Source: Octopus vulgaris
Lineage: Eukaryota
DNA: 64,000 nt
Direction of reading: 5' to 3'
NCBI GenBank assembly: GCA_951406725.2
Contig: OX597814.1
Location: 99,014,001-99,078,000, forward strand
Part shown: piece by piece, positions 1 to 14,782 of the stretch
Layout of the letters: each line of letters opens with the position of its first letter
Position numbering within the stretch: the stretch's first letter is position 1
The notes under the pieces: generated by a model
What the model was told of the DNA's origin: nothing
Seen by the model: only the letters and a program-made list of their open reading frames with translations
Databases searched by the model: none
Program-made: the position numbers and the translations under genes

Positions 1-221
1 CACACACACACACAAACGCGTGCATGCACAGACGGTTAGGAGAAAAGATTTAAGACTATAAATTTAATCAACGCAATACACATAAGAACTAAAAGTGAGC
101 TGCACACATAACGGAGAAGCAGCTTTGCCCTTAGGTGAGATCTTGATATCAACTATTACAATTTCTGATACACGCGAAACAAACATGTTGTTTCCATTCT
201 TGATTTAAAAAGCAAAATATA

Positions 222-1250
222 CGAATGGTTACCCAAAAGAAATCGGCATTTCGCAATGTTATTATATTCACTTAGATTTACATGTTTACACTTTTATTGC
301 CTTCAAAGTCTTCCCCATTTGAAACAGTGCATCGGTCCAGACAAGACAGTGTGCGAAGGTGCATTGTCGTGATGAAACCACCTCCATTTTGCGACCGGTC
401 GGGGTGTTTTCGTCTCGCCGTCTCTTGCAAACGCTTCAGAACTGTTAAATAAAATGGCTGGTTAACAGTTTGACCAAGAGGAACAAATACTGTGTAGATA
501 ATTCCTTTCGCGTCGATGAAACAAATCAGCATCGTCTTGACATTGGACTTCAGTTGACGCAGTCTTGGGGAAAGTGGTTTCCTTGAATGCTTCCATTGAC
601 TTGTTTCCTACTTCGTTTCCGGGCCGTAGCCGTAGCACCAGCTTTCGTCACCAGTGAAGACCTTCGAAAAAAGGTTCGGATCAATTTTCAACTGTTCTTT
701 CAGTTCACGACGCGCATTCAGTCGTGACTGCTTTTGATCTTCCGTGAGCAAGTGAGGCACAAATTTTGCTGCAACTCTTTTCATTCGCAATTCCTCGCTC
801 AAAATTCGTTGGGAGGAGCTCCAAGACATACCAGTCATATCAACAAGTTCGTCAATTGTGCAACGACAGTTCTCCAAGATCAGGACATGAACTTTCGGGA
901 TGTTTCCATTCGTTCGGGAGGTGGACAGTCGCCCTGAACGAAGTAGGTCGTTAAGCGACAAGTGACCATTCCTAAAGTATGAAAACCACTCATAAACTTA
1001 TGTTTTGCTCATGGCAGTGTCCTTGTAAACTGCTCGAAGCATGACAACTTCTTCGGTCTCCTGTTTTCCTAGCATGAAACAGAATTTGCTCCTTCGTTTC
1101 AGCCATCGCAAAAGTCAACGACTCAAGACGACGCCGTTCGGCAGACTGATGCCAGAGAGTCGCATCAAGTCGTTGCTAGCGACGTGAACCTGAACTACAG
1201 CGGGCTTGTCTCACAGAGAACGTTTCCGGTTACTTTTGAGTATCCCCTAG
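222..1250 (-). mobile_element. Decayed mariner (Tc1/mariner) DNA transposon with internal deletion
   Basis: ORF 608..961 has an HTH-like region, KFVPHLL (WVPHEL motif) and TGDESW (first catalytic D). ORF 278..532 continues with CFIDAKGII..GQTVN..Y..VLKRL. The YSPDLAP region is missing. Degenerate TIRs: cgaatggttacccaaaagaaatcgg (222-) and ccggttacttttgagtatcccctag (-1250), each flanked by TA. Confidence 0.9.
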
Positions 1251-1349
1251 TAAAGGTACAATAGAATACAAATACTAAACTAACAATCCTTTTACAACAA
1301 AACTAGGAGTTATGTAACAATTGAATACGCAAGAATCTTTTACCTTCTT

Positions 1350-1712
1350 TATTTTTGACTTGTTTCAGTCATTAGAGTACGGCTGGGGCCACAGTCTTGA
1401 AGAATTTTTCAGTCAAATATATCGTCCTAGTACCTATTTTTTAAAAGCTAGTACTTATTCTATCGCTTGAGTTTGCTGAACCGCTAGATACGGGGACGTA
1501 AACACACCAGTACAGCTATCAAGCGGTGCTAGTAGGGGAGAAACAGAGACTCAAAGACACATACACTTATACACATACATACACACAGCCATACGACGGG
1601 CCTCTAGTTGTCCCTGCCAAATACACTCAAAAGGCTTTGGTCAAAGACACTTGCCCAAGGCTATGGTAGAAAATACTTGCCCAACGCTATGGTAGAAGAC
1701 ACTTGCCCAAGG
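1350..1712 (-). mobile_element. tRNA-derived SINE, family A (internal microsatellite), degraded
   Basis: Reverse complement of the family seen at 50748-51150 (cttgtttcagtcatt..., gacacttgcccaagg repeated three times). Confidence 0.8.
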
Positions 1713-2261
1713 CACGAAACACACACACATACACACACACATTCCACCTCGTTTACATATATTTACATATATCTGTAGGAGGAGAAGCCATAAAATAGGG
1801 AGTGAAAATGCAGAGTAAAAAAAAAAGTAGGATGTAAAGCAAAAAAAAAAGAAAAAGAAAAAACAATTTAAAAGAAAAATAGAAAGGATTTCCGTCCTTA
1901 GTCTTTGCTAGAGATCAATGAGATCACTTCTTTAGCCATTTGTCAGAGAACGAAGAGATCAAGAACTGACCATAGCATCACTTTTCCCTGCAGCATTAGT
2001 AGCATAAACCACCATGGAAGATGTAGAAAAGAGGGTAAAGTGAAAAATATTGGAGACTGTCACACAGAGAGCGTTTTCGGTTAGTTTTGAGTATCCCCTA
2101 GTAAAGGTAGAATACAATACAAACACTACACTAACAACCATTTTATGGCAAAACTAGGAGTTATGTAACAATGGAATACGCAAGATAAAAACAAAAACGG
2201 AACAGGAACGAAGTGGGAAGAGAATGAGGATACCGTAAAAATGTACTGGAATAAGTACACA

Positions 2262-2648
2262 TATAACTCTTCCCCCTGGAGTGTAGGCGGGAGAGATATG
2301 CAGTGATATACATGGAAAATCCTGGAGAGCCTTGTCCCGAATTTTGGCATTGAAAGTTACCCCAGCAGCAGAACGGGGTGCCACTGCATGGTGCCAAAGA
2401 TCTCAACATCAACATCACAATACAGGACCAGATACTGCAACAGCTTGGGTTTCAGGGGACCACAGCTCTTCAATATCTTTTCTAAATGCCTGAGAGACCT
2501 GTATGGTGTGGATGTGGGTTTCTTTAAAACTAAACTGGATCTCTTCTTGTCAGGGGTTCCAGATGAACCTACCTCTCGGCTGGAAACACAGATGCGGGCA
2601 GCGGCGTCGAACTCCCTTGTTGACCAAGTGCCACGTATCAGCGGTGGT
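2262..2648 (+). mobile_element. CR1-group LINE ORF2 C-terminal fragment
   Basis: Translation, with one frameshift: LECRRERYAVIY/WKILESLVPNFG...YCNSLGFRGPQLFN...FKTKLDLFLSGVPDEP...RAAASNSLVDQ. This is the typical post-RT tail of invertebrate CR1-like LINEs. Confidence 0.8.
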
Positions 2649-3377
2649 TTCATATACTATTGTAGCACATTCAAACAATCAACGGTGGTGCGACAGCATG
2701 GCCGCAGCTTTCGGGCTGAAATATTTTTAAAGATTTTAAGGATTTATAAAGAAAACACTAAAGACGAAATTCCCTTCATCTGTTTTCGTTGGTTATCAAA
2801 GTAATTTCGGCATCTGTCGATATTTTCTTTACAACCAATAATGTCAGTGCCGCGAACTTCTATGGAATGATAGTCTTTAGACGCATACGCACGTACATAC
2901 AGACATATATACATATGTATACATACAAACACACATACATGCACAAATATAAAAGAGATTTGTTGTTTGAGGCAGGAACAATGCGCGAAGGTACGAAGTA
3001 ACTTGTAAAAGGAACACTTAATACATATACATACATATTATACACCAATGTACACACACACACATATATACACACGTACACACATTAATATACACCTACA
3101 AATATATGTCTATTTACATGTCCATATCTATCTAGTTTTCTCTATACACGTATCACGCACACTCAAACTCACACACACACACACACACACACACATGCAT
3201 ATGTATATATGATGACCATACATAGAATCACATGCGCATACATACATGACGGACACATACTCACGTAGGATATGACATTGACATTATGACAAAAGGTAAC
3301 TAACGGTGAAATAAACACGGAAACTATATTACAAACAAATATACATTCACGATGAGCAAATGTACGAGTGTGCGTAA

Positions 3378-3625
<248 letters not shown>

Positions 3626-5994
3626 TAAATATCTATGTATTTGTGCGCGTGCAAGCCTCGTGTGTGTTTATGTGTTTATGTGTATATGTGTGGGTTTGTG
3701 TGTGTAGATGCTTAATGCATTAAATTACTCTGGAATGTTTATTAGTTTCGTTCTTCCTATTTCTATGTCCAATCATCGTTTCTATTTCTTCCTTGCTCAT
3801 TCCACGCAATATTTATTTCATCTCACTAATACCTTCATTTCGCAAATGTCCGTGCGTGTAAGATTCAGTTTCTTCTTTCTCGTTTCTCGTTCTCTGCCAT
3901 CCGCGCCTCCGCCCCAAGCATCCACCACCACTACTGCTACTACCATCTCATGCCCATCACCGCTTTCTCGCTAGCAACAACCTCGCCATCCTCTCTGTCT
4001 TGACCTGAGCTATTCATATCAACGTCTCAATAGCCGTCCGGACAGATTGGAAACAGGCATATAGAACAATTATAAATATGACAATATATAATGATAAATA
4101 TGTCATCATTTCACTTGTGTTGAATATTTATCGAAACTTACATTGAACACGATTTGGTTTTGTGGTATTTCTTTGTGTTAGCGTTGACGCTGATGTTGGT
4201 GTTGGCACTGGCGTTGGTGCTGGTGTTGGCGGTGGTAGTGTTAATCATGATTCTTATAGTTGTGGTAAAGGTGTTGGTATTTTTGTTGTTCGTGCTGGTG
4301 TTTAGCCACTGGTCAACCTTGATCAAGAAGACCGATAATTCGTAAGCTTTCCAACGTTTCTTCATGGCTACGTAAGACAATAACTAATGTGATTTTCCCC
4401 TTACTTAAGACGGTATGGTGTGTATGCTATAAGGGAGATTTGACTGCTATTTCTATCAGGGTGTCTGATCACTTAGAGGCTTCTTGGAGTTTATGTGGTG
4501 GAGACGGTGCCTTTTGATATTATGAGTCTTGTATTGAGGTAGTGCTGGCGTTGGTACGATTGATATTGATGTTGCATCGATAACATTATCTCTGCACGAC
4601 TGAGAAGGCAAAGTCAATACTTGAAACTTACTATTGCTGCTGTTGTCGAATCCCATATCAGTCATGATTTAAAGACACTACAACAGTGACCTCCCTGTCT
4701 TTTTGCCAGTCATAATGTATCTATTACTACATAATGCAATGTTTTTGTATGTACTTTTTAAAAGAAAGTATGAGTATGGCTTGACGAAATTTAATAATTG
4801 TTTATACCAGCTAATGATAGTGCCACTACGTATATAATTAGAAACAGCAGTTACGTCTCTTTCAAATCTTTTTTAAAATGATGCAATATGGATGAAACAA
4901 AAGAAGAATCATGATTTGTGGAGACATGACTGTTATCTCTAGCGGTAACGCTGAAAGGTTTGTATCTAGAATTATTAAAACAATTCATGGCTATTCATGA
5001 TATAGGCTTCAAAATTTTGCACAAGGCCAGCAAGGTCGGGGAAAGGGGGCTAGTCGATTACATCGAATCCAGTGTTCAACTTTATCGACCCCTAAAGGAT
5101 AAAAGGCAAACTCGACCCCGGTGGCATGCGCGTTCATTTTATTTGGTAACACTTTAAGTGATGTATGGGTTTGATTGATCGTCACTTTGGCTGTTAAAAG
5201 CATTTTTTCAGAAAAAAATATTTTAGTTGGGGTAAGATATTTTAGTTTAATATTCTAGTGCCGATAAGATATTAACATACTGCTCATAATTCCTGGTACC
5301 AGTGACAGCTTTTGCAAAACTAAAGCCTTTTTCTAAAATGAGTGTGTCTCGTTGTGAAATTATTTTATCATCACCATCTAGCGGACATAGCCAACAGGTA
5401 TCGATGACATTCGGCTTTAGTACGATGTGGTGGTTAATAGCCTGGTTAGGCATTCCCAACAGACTTGTTTAGCCAATTCTCGCCTCCTTCAATGTGCCCA
5501 ATGCCTCAAATCATTAAAACCCCAATCATTACTCCCCCATAACATTGGCCTGCAGGAATGAATACTTGCCATCTGTACCTTTCATGTATGTGTTGTCTTG
5601 TTGCAGTTTAAATCGAGAATCATCGATATCAGGCTCAACGGTCTCAGAAGCTGCCGCAAACATCATGAACCTTGTTCCTTCCTCCACACTCAGAAAGTTA
5701 TTAATACATACAAATACATACATACATACATACATACACACACACATATATATAGCTAGATAGATATATGCAATACGTATATATATAAACGTACATATAT
5801 ATATATATGCATACATATATATATATACATACATACATACATACATACATACATACATACATACATACATACAGAGTGCTTGCTAAGAAAAAAAGAGAGT
5901 TCGTGTATATGTGTTTGTGTGTGTATCTGTGTGTGAATGTGTCTGTGTGTATGCGTTTGTGTGTGTGTGTGTGTGTATGTGTATATTTGTGTGC

Positions 5995-6045
<51 letters not shown>

Positions 6046-7013
6046 AGTGAGAAAGAGAGAGAGAGAAAGAGGGGAGAAGGAGTGAGAAAGAGAGAGAGAG
6101 AGAGACAGACAGAGAGAGACAGAGAGACAGAGACAGAATGAAGTTTGGTAAAAGGAAAGTGGAACAAATCGCAGTTATTCTGCTCGGCTCTTTTCGAACA
6201 CGTCTCGTCTCTTTCTGTTTCACTTCTCACCGTTTCATCCAGAACATTACATACGATTTGCCAGCTGTTCGTCAGGAAAAAGCGCTGGATTTGGATCTCT
6301 TTGCACTAACTATCGTCCGAATGCTTTTAGCCTTGCAGGCATGAACAGTAAAGTTTATCAGATTGTCATGTTGACACAGGTCACCTCTCCAAGTTAATGC
6401 CTTTTAGAAATGGGCTATTTCTATTCAACTCAGCGACTGCAGTTCCTGTATTTAAAGGCTAGATTTAGTGACATTTAATATATTAATTTTATTTGCCTGT
6501 TATTTTAGTTTTATTGATAAAGAAAATAAAATAAAATTATACTATACTTTTATTTTAGATCTTTCAATTCTCGTAAATCTTCTGTCCAGATACCAGAACT
6601 CATTGTTATGCTTTTAGTTGATTGGAATTTATTATATTTATTTATTTTTATTTTACTCTTTTTTTTTTTTACTATTATCTTTATTTCCTTATCTTATTTT
6701 TTCGTAAACATACGAATACATATACAAACACATGTGTGCGTACACACACACACACACACACGTACGCACGTTATATTTCTTTGCTTAATCTAAACAGTAA
6801 TAATTTCTTTATTCTTGCAAGTGATTTACGACTGAAAATAGAAAAAATATTTTAAATAAAAGCTAGCGAGTATATATATATATATTGAGCCAACACACGC
6901 GCACACATGCATATGAGTAGATGTAGCACACACACTCACACATACGCGCACACATACGAATATAAAGAAAAAGCGTATTTGATTGGATGAATTCATGATC
7001 ATATGTATGCATT

Positions 7014-7063
<50 letters not shown>

Positions 7064-7129
7064 CATATATATACGCATACATATACAGGCATGTATATAT
7101 ATATATATATATCCATATATATATATATA

Positions 7130-7234
<105 letters not shown>

Positions 7235-10200
7235 ATATTTATGTGCATATACGCACTCCTATGTATGATCGGAGATTACGAAATTTGATACATGTATTTT
7301 GTTTATAAAACTCAGAATTTGGTAATAAACTATCGACAACGATTCTTAATTTTTAACTAAATTTAGCTTTACTAATAATGGATTATTAAGAAAAAATTTA
7401 TTTTAGCGTTTCTAGTCTTAACAATTTTTTTTGTACGAAATTTTCGACATATTTACATACCGTATTGTTACTTATCATAGTGATAATTTCCAAATGGTTT
7501 CTTAGATCTTTCTGTAGTGCGTTATTTGGCATGCACTGATTCTGGTATGTGAAAAAATGGATCGAGGTTTTATCTATCTATCACCCATAATATTACATAT
7601 GATAGCGGATTCCTGAAGCTTAATGGCACGTATTCACAATGAAAATAATTTAATCACCTCACTCCACCCTTTTCTCTGCTCCTGCTGAATCTACTGTAGT
7701 TGTATCATAAATATTATACTTAAATTATTATTTCTTTATTCCCATAACAGAAAAATATTGCAGTTTAGTATTATTTTTTATATACTTTTTATCTTTTACT
7801 CATGTCAGTCATTGGACTGTAGCCGTTCCTGGGGTATTCCATATTGTAAAGTGTTTTGTTGAATAAATCAATCCTAGTACTTATTATTTTGCCTTTAATT
7901 TTGTTATTTATTCTACTGGTTCCTTTGCCGAACCTCAAATTACCGTAAACGAGGCAACACCGATTGTCAAGTGATTAGTGATGGTGGTGGGAAAATACTC
8001 ATAGACACATACATATAGAGCGCGCGGTATTACTTAACCGTGTTGTTATCTAACAACAGTTTTTAATACCCAGTACGAAGCCGATTGGTAAGCTCGGCCG
8101 TATTGGTTATATGATATTGTATATTTTGATTCGTCTTCTTTGTAGTGTATGTGATAGTAATGATTATTCGTTAAAAATTCTGATGCTTGCCGTCATGTTT
8201 TTCCTTGGAGAAAAGTATAAAAAACAGGAAGCCCATTGTAGACCAAAAAGCACGACCTACATCGATTTTTTTCTATGGATAGTTAATTCCGTAGTAATTT
8301 TATAAAGCTGCTGTTGACTGTTGAAAAACTGCATAAATTTTGTGCATAGAAATATTGAGGTGGCCTATTTCATGAAATCCCTTAATAGCATGATCTCAAA
8401 TAAGTTTCAACCAATAACTCAAATAACGTTGAATTATAACGTCCAGAATATCCCGAATTAATTTAAAATATATTGAAGATTTTCGTACAAGACTTTTGTC
8501 TTGCTCCTTCAGAATGAAATGAAATCCAATTTTTCTTTAAATACTCCCGCGTCAAATTTTGCATCATTTAAGGGGGGTCGTAACGCATAAATATTTTCTG
8601 TTATTCTTGGTTCTAATTCTTCAAACTTTTTGGGGAACAATCATCTAATTCATATTTTAGAAAAAATTACAAGCCAAGCTTCATCAGCGATAATATATAT
8701 AATTTTACAATATTTTGATAATTTCTTGTTAATTGAATTAACTACTCTATAACAAAAAAGTTATAGAGAAAATCACAATACCAAATCCCTTCTTAAATAG
8801 ATTTCATTACTTACAATTTACTGTAGGTACATTAACTGACAGAATCATTACCGCACTGGACAAACTACTTAGCCGGGCTTGACTTACCTTTAATCTTCCG
8901 GGATCGATAAAATAAGTTCCAGTTGAGTCAATACAATCGATTGCTCCCTCCCTCAAAATTGCTGGTCTTGTACTATAATTTGAAAGAATTATTAATTTAC
9001 TCTCCCTGTCTGATATTGGCTGATGCTGTTCAGCAAAGCTGAAAATCTATACTAAAAATTGGAATGGACATCTCAATTAATGTTTCATTAGTTATGAAAA
9101 TTTGTGAGCTGTTGATTATATCGTATATCATGGCTCCTTATTTAAATTAATTGTAAAGATGACCTTCGGAGGATGTGAACTAAAGAAAGGTTATAAATTA
9201 AAAGATACATTTTACAAGGAATTATATGCGTTTTATCCGGCTGCCTACCGATTCAATCATCAACCTCAATCTACTCGTCTAATATCAATATGTTTGCTTT
9301 TTTAACATAGACACACGTTTTAGTGCATAATCGATAGAGTTGATTAAATTAACTTTAATGATTCCTTCGTAATTATTTTAATGACCCAAAGAAATGGAAA
9401 GTCTACCTCCAAGGGATTTGAAATTTAAACACTGCAATTGATTTTATCTATCGCTTTTACTGATTCCCGGAATTTAGTAATCTACTACCATGAAAAAGAA
9501 TGTGTGACCACTCTACATGATTCATGATCGGTGAGACAAACGATTCCACTTAGCAATAATAATATTTATTTCTTTTTTATATATAGGCAACAGACCAGGA
9601 GAAAACATCCGACTATTTCAAACCCAGAACTTAACTGTTACTTCTTTCATCGGCAGCCACACCACTCACATGGATGAAAAACAAAAATGTCCCTGGCGTG
9701 ATCTGAACTCAGACCTTAAAGACATGTAATGGCATACAACAAGGCAGTAAAGCATTTTAAACACTTGATTTTTCTCTTGTGACATCGCACATCCTCTACA
9801 ATAATTATGATAATTGCTTCAAAGTTTGACACAAGGTCAAGTTTAAAGTAGGTGAATAGTCGTTTCTATCAACACTGAAGTTCACTGGTAGAAAATTTTA
9901 TTGAAGCAATGAAAGGCGTAGTTAACTTTCTCGTGATTTGAATTCAAAATGCATGAAGCTGGAATAGATATTGTTAGGTATCTTTTCCTATGCCCTAACA
10001 ATTAATTAATAATAGATAATGATGATTTCTTTATTGGCTATAAGATTCCGTGCTTACATAGAGAACGTTATACATAATCATGATAAATAAATAAATTAAT
10101 TAAATATTCTTACCCAACCATCTGTATAAGCGGCCTTGTTTAGTCTGTTTCGACGGACACCGACTTTCAACAGTCACCCCGTACCTTCAGATACAACAAT

Positions 10201-11129
10201 CCAAAACAAGGACGGTCAGTGCAGCCGATGTTCGAGAAAGTAACACAGGTAATATGTGTACTGCATGACCTGTGATCTGGTTGACATGGGTCACAGTGGG
10301 TGGGCAGTTCGGAGGGGTGCAATTTATGATTGATCGCGTTAACTAGCGAATTAAATACAATTCATCAAGGACCGTTATTAGCGATTCTCTTGTTACCATG
10401 GCGGTAGCATTCAGTACATTGTAAATAATAATAATAATGATAATAATAATAATAATAATAATGATGATGATGATGATGATGATGATAATAATAAAAATAA
10501 AGAAAATGCGTAAGGATATGTAAATCAGTTAAAGGGAACACGTCAAAAGAAGAATGAACATGAGGTGTTGAGAGAGTAAGAGCAGAATGTGTGTCTGTGT
10601 GTGCGTACATGCATACATCTAGGGGAATGTAGGAGAAAGAGAGAGAGAGAGGGAGAGAGAGAAGTAGAGAAAGAGAAAGAGAGAGAGATAAAGACAGAGA
10701 TAGAGAGAGAGACACACAGAGAGATAAACGGTGAGAGAGAGAGAGAGAGTAAGAGAGAGAATGTGTGTGTATATAAGGAGAAAACGAGGTAAAAAACATT
10801 GAATAGCTCATCATGAGCTGATGTCGCATCCTGCCTGCTGCTATATAGTATTTTAACATTAAAGTTACCATAGATACAATGTAAATAATGGCTAAGAAAG
10901 TTAATATAACCACCAAAATCAGCAGCAAAGTATGTTTTGTTTTTGCAGTTTAGTTTAGAGTCTTTTTCTGTAATTAAATTTTTTCTGAAGATGCATTTAT
11001 TTTGAACTTCATTGAGATTATTCATTATTTATATTCTATATGAAGTCTTTGTGAAAGGTAAATTAAGTAGTGTGGGTGGATGGAATGGGTGGGAATAAAT
11101 TTGCATTTTATTATGACATGTTAAGTAAT

Positions 11130-11520
11130 CTGATAAGAAAAAAAATTAAAGAAATATAATGGTTTCTTTCTAACAAACGTAAAGCCAGAAATTTGGGAGG
11201 CTACAGTAATTGGCAGGTACTTTATTTTATCTACTCCGGAGGGATGGAAAGCAAAGTTAACCTCGGCGGAATTTGAACTCAGAACAACTAAACTAAATCC
11301 CGCAAGGAATTTTATCCTACCCTCTGAATATTCTGCAACTCCTCCACTAATAATAAGTATTTCTGATTTTGCCACAAGGCCAGTAATTTTGAAGGCAGGG
11401 TTGAATCGATCTCTGCATTTGATCTTGTATTCCATTTCATCGGTAAAGTTGACCTCAGTGAAATTTGAAATCAGGACGTAAAGAGCCGGAAGAAATGTAA
11501 TGATAACGGCGGCAGGTACT
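11130..11520 (-). mobile_element. Two degraded tandem family-B SINEs
   Basis: Contains ggatggaaagcaaagttaacctcggcggaatttgaactcagaac, matching the family at 12455-12683. Confidence 0.7.
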
Positions 11521-11640
11521 GAAAAGAAGAGTCGTTTGTAATATCACTACGGAAAAAGAAAAAGAACTGAAAATGGAATTAGGAATAAGACGGCAGTTAG
11601 TCATTTTTTTAGTGAAAAAAATCTTCATACAATTTATTGG

Positions 11641-12038
11641 GGATCTTTTCGGTTTGAACGCCAGTTTTTCTAGCGGTGTCATATGAAATTGTCACCCATA
11701 ATTATGACCCCTAGTATCGATTTATTGGATTTCAATCTGTTTTAGGGTTAGGGTTAGGGGTGGGGGGAAGGATTAAATAAACCCAATCTGTTTCTTAAAC
11801 GAGGGACATATTCATACGGCACAGAATGTTTTTTTTTACCTCAATAGACGTCAGTGATTGGTTGAACTTGCAGAAATTGAAGAAAAAAACAAGAAATATC
11901 TTACAAACTATAGAATTTTCTCAATAAAGCCAAGAGAAAAAGATGTTTTATAAACACATTCTACCAGTATACGAAGTTTAAAATTTTTTAGTTACCTAGA
12001 AATTATGTTAAAAACTGCCGTTCAAACCGAAAAGATCC
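11641..12038. mobile_element. MITE with 29 bp TIRs and internal (TTAGGG)3
   Basis: ggatcttttcggtttgaacgccagttttt (11641-11669) against aaaaactgccgttcaaaccgaaaagatcc (12010-12038), one mismatch. ttaggg x3 at 11742-11759. Confidence 0.9.
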
Positions 12039-12454
12039 TTTTTTTTGTTTTGTGAATACGTGAGAAGCAACAACAACGTGGTGAATGCTAGTTGAAGTAA
12101 GGGTAATTAGTGTTTAGGTATTTTCCCATAGTTCATATATATCGTGAACCATGCTATATCCTTTACTCACTCTCTCCCACGTTTTTTTCCATTGTACCAA
12201 TGTTGACGCTTTCCAGAAGATATACATATTTATATTACATTCCATTATATTATTAATGAATATGTGAGTCTCGGGATTTAAATATGCCTTTTCTAATGCA
12301 AATTGTCATCAAAGCGTTAGTATTACCAGCTTTTATGCAATTCAGTATAAAATAGCAAGTATATAGGCTTTGTAAAAAAAATGTCACTTTTACCAGCCGG
12401 ATAGAAAGAGTGGCAGATAATGGATCAATGACGATAAGCGCTTAACTTAACATC

Positions 12455-12683
12455 GTTTACTACCCACAAGGGGCTAAATATAGAGGGGGCAAACAAGGAC
12501 AGACAAACGGTTTAAGTCGATTATATCGATCCCAGTGCGTAACTGGTACTTAATTTATCGACCCCGAAAGGATGAAAGGCAAAGTCGACCTCGGCGGAAT
12601 TTGAAATCAGAACATAACGGCAGACGAAAAAACGGCTACGTATTTCGCCCGCTATTCTAACGTTTCTGCCAGCTCGCCGCCTT
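12455..12683 (-). mobile_element. tRNA-derived SINE, family B, near full length
   Basis: Minus-strand head aaggcggcgagctggcagaaacgttag with a B-box-like ttcaaattcc. Central gcctttcatcctttcggggtcgataaa resembles the Nin/Deu domain. Many copies in the window. Confidence 0.88.
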
Positions 12684-12726
12684 CTAACATCTCTTACTAC
12701 CGGTTGTATATAAATCTTTCTCTGCG

Positions 12727-13065
12727 AAGGCGCATGGCTCAGTGGTTAGAGCGCCGGACTCATAATCAGGAGGTAGTGAATTCGATTCCCAAAGCGGGCT
12801 GTGCGTTGTGTTGTGCGTTGTGTTCTTGAGCAAGACATTTTATTTCACTTTGCTCAAGTTCACTCAGCTGTAAAAATGAGTTGCGATGTCACTGGTGCTA
12901 AGCTGTATCGGCCTTTGCCTTTCTCTCGGATAACATCAGTGGCGTGGAGAAGGAAGACTGGTATGCATCGGCAACTGCTGGACAACATTGTCCGAACTTG
13001 TGCCTCGGAAGGGAACTTTCTAGGTGTAATCCCATGATCATTCATGACCAAAAGGGGTCTTTAAT
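12727..13065 (+). mobile_element. tRNA-derived SINE, family C
   Basis: A box tggctcagtgg and B box ttcgattccc, then gtgttcttgagcaagaca. Reverse-strand relative at 19950-20142. Confidence 0.85.
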
Positions 13066-13784
13066 CTTCATAAATCTTTCACAATTATGCCTCAGGTCTG
13101 CTTTATGAGTTTTCAGGAAAAGAGTAAATCTAGTTTCCAGGTTAATCAGGCACTAAATATGAGCAAAGAGAGGTCAGTGTTTTTAGCAATAAGATGTGTT
13201 ATTATAGGAAATTGGATATTGCTCCTCATTAGATAAACAGATAAAGAACTTTAGCAATACAAAAAGAAAATTGCAAGATTACAATCTAATTGTCATTTAT
13301 ATTTGAAGGAATTTTACTGTTTTTAACAGGACACTGTAGTATGTATTAAATAGGACGAATCAGTTTAGGAGATAAAAAGGGTTTCAGTAGAGACAAACTC
13401 TGTCATCTTAAAGGTGTTTCAGTGAAGATTTTAGGTCTTTAAATCGTCAGAGATTCAATCAACATGAGCTTCCGACAATTTGAAGCCATACAAAAACATT
13501 CCTAGTTCGGCAGGTTTCTTTTATTATTCTATGTGTACTTCGTGACCTTAAGTATCTAGAACATTGAAAGGAAAATTGAATTGCATGTTGTCTTCGCAAT
13601 TTTCTCTTTAAATTTATAAGAATGCACTTGGAATTCTAAATACTGATCATACCTCATGCAATTTGAATTTTTAATCATGTTATACAATTACATATACATA
13701 TACATACACACACACACAGATATAATTATGTATATATAATATATATAATTGGAAGTATGTATATTCATATATATATATGTGTGT

Positions 13785-13861
<77 letters not shown>

Positions 13862-14676
13862 TATATATATACATATGTGTGTGTGTATGTACATATATAT
13901 CCAGAAATGTATATGTATGTACGTATATATGTATATACATTTGTTAGTGGTTAAAGAAAGAAGTATTTTGATTCGATCCAATCTACGACCATATAATAAG
14001 GTCAGCAATGAAGGAAAGGAAATATATATATGTACGTGTTTTCCTTTTCTTTTGAGTCTAATTTAAGTTTGTCGTAAGACAGTTCAAGCCGGTCACTAAC
14101 AAAGCGACATGACTTTTTGAGTTAAGAGAGTTACCAGTGTATGTATGCATGCATGGATTGATGGGTAGTTGTATATACATACATACATATTATATGTATG
14201 TATGCATGTATCTATGTGTATGTATGTATGACAGAATAAAAAAAAAAGAGAAAGGAGTAACTTTTTGGAAAACCAAATAATGTAAATCTCGTGTGTTGCA
14301 CGGAATGACATCAGTCTGTTGCTAAAATTCAGCCTGGTCGAGAGTGTCTGTCAGTGGTTGTTTTATTTTCTTGGCTTGACTGAACTGTTGTGACTAGAAG
14401 AAACGGCTGATTGTATTCTGCATCTTTTCTCAACATATATATGAATGTGTGTGTATGTATGTATATATGTATGTATGTTTCTATGTATGTATGTATGTAT
14501 GTATGTATGTATATAGTATGTACGTATGTATGTATACACACAAGCATATATATACACATATATATATATTTATTTATGTGTGTGTATACATGTATATACA
14601 TATATATGTATCTATATATGTAGATATATACATATATAGATAGATAGATATAGATATATATATATATACATACACG

Positions 14677-14708
<32 letters not shown>

Positions 14709-14750
14709 CATACATTTGTACGTATATAGATATATATATGTATATGTATG

Positions 14751-14782
<32 letters not shown>

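Noticed and set aside
4154-4345. Hydrophobic ORF resembling a membrane peptide
   Set aside because: Derived from (GTT/GGT)-rich low-complexity sequence.
12727-12800. tRNA gene (also 16770-16846 and other SINE heads)
   Set aside because: A and B boxes are present but continue into SINE bodies, and no clean cloverleaf or acceptor stem forms.
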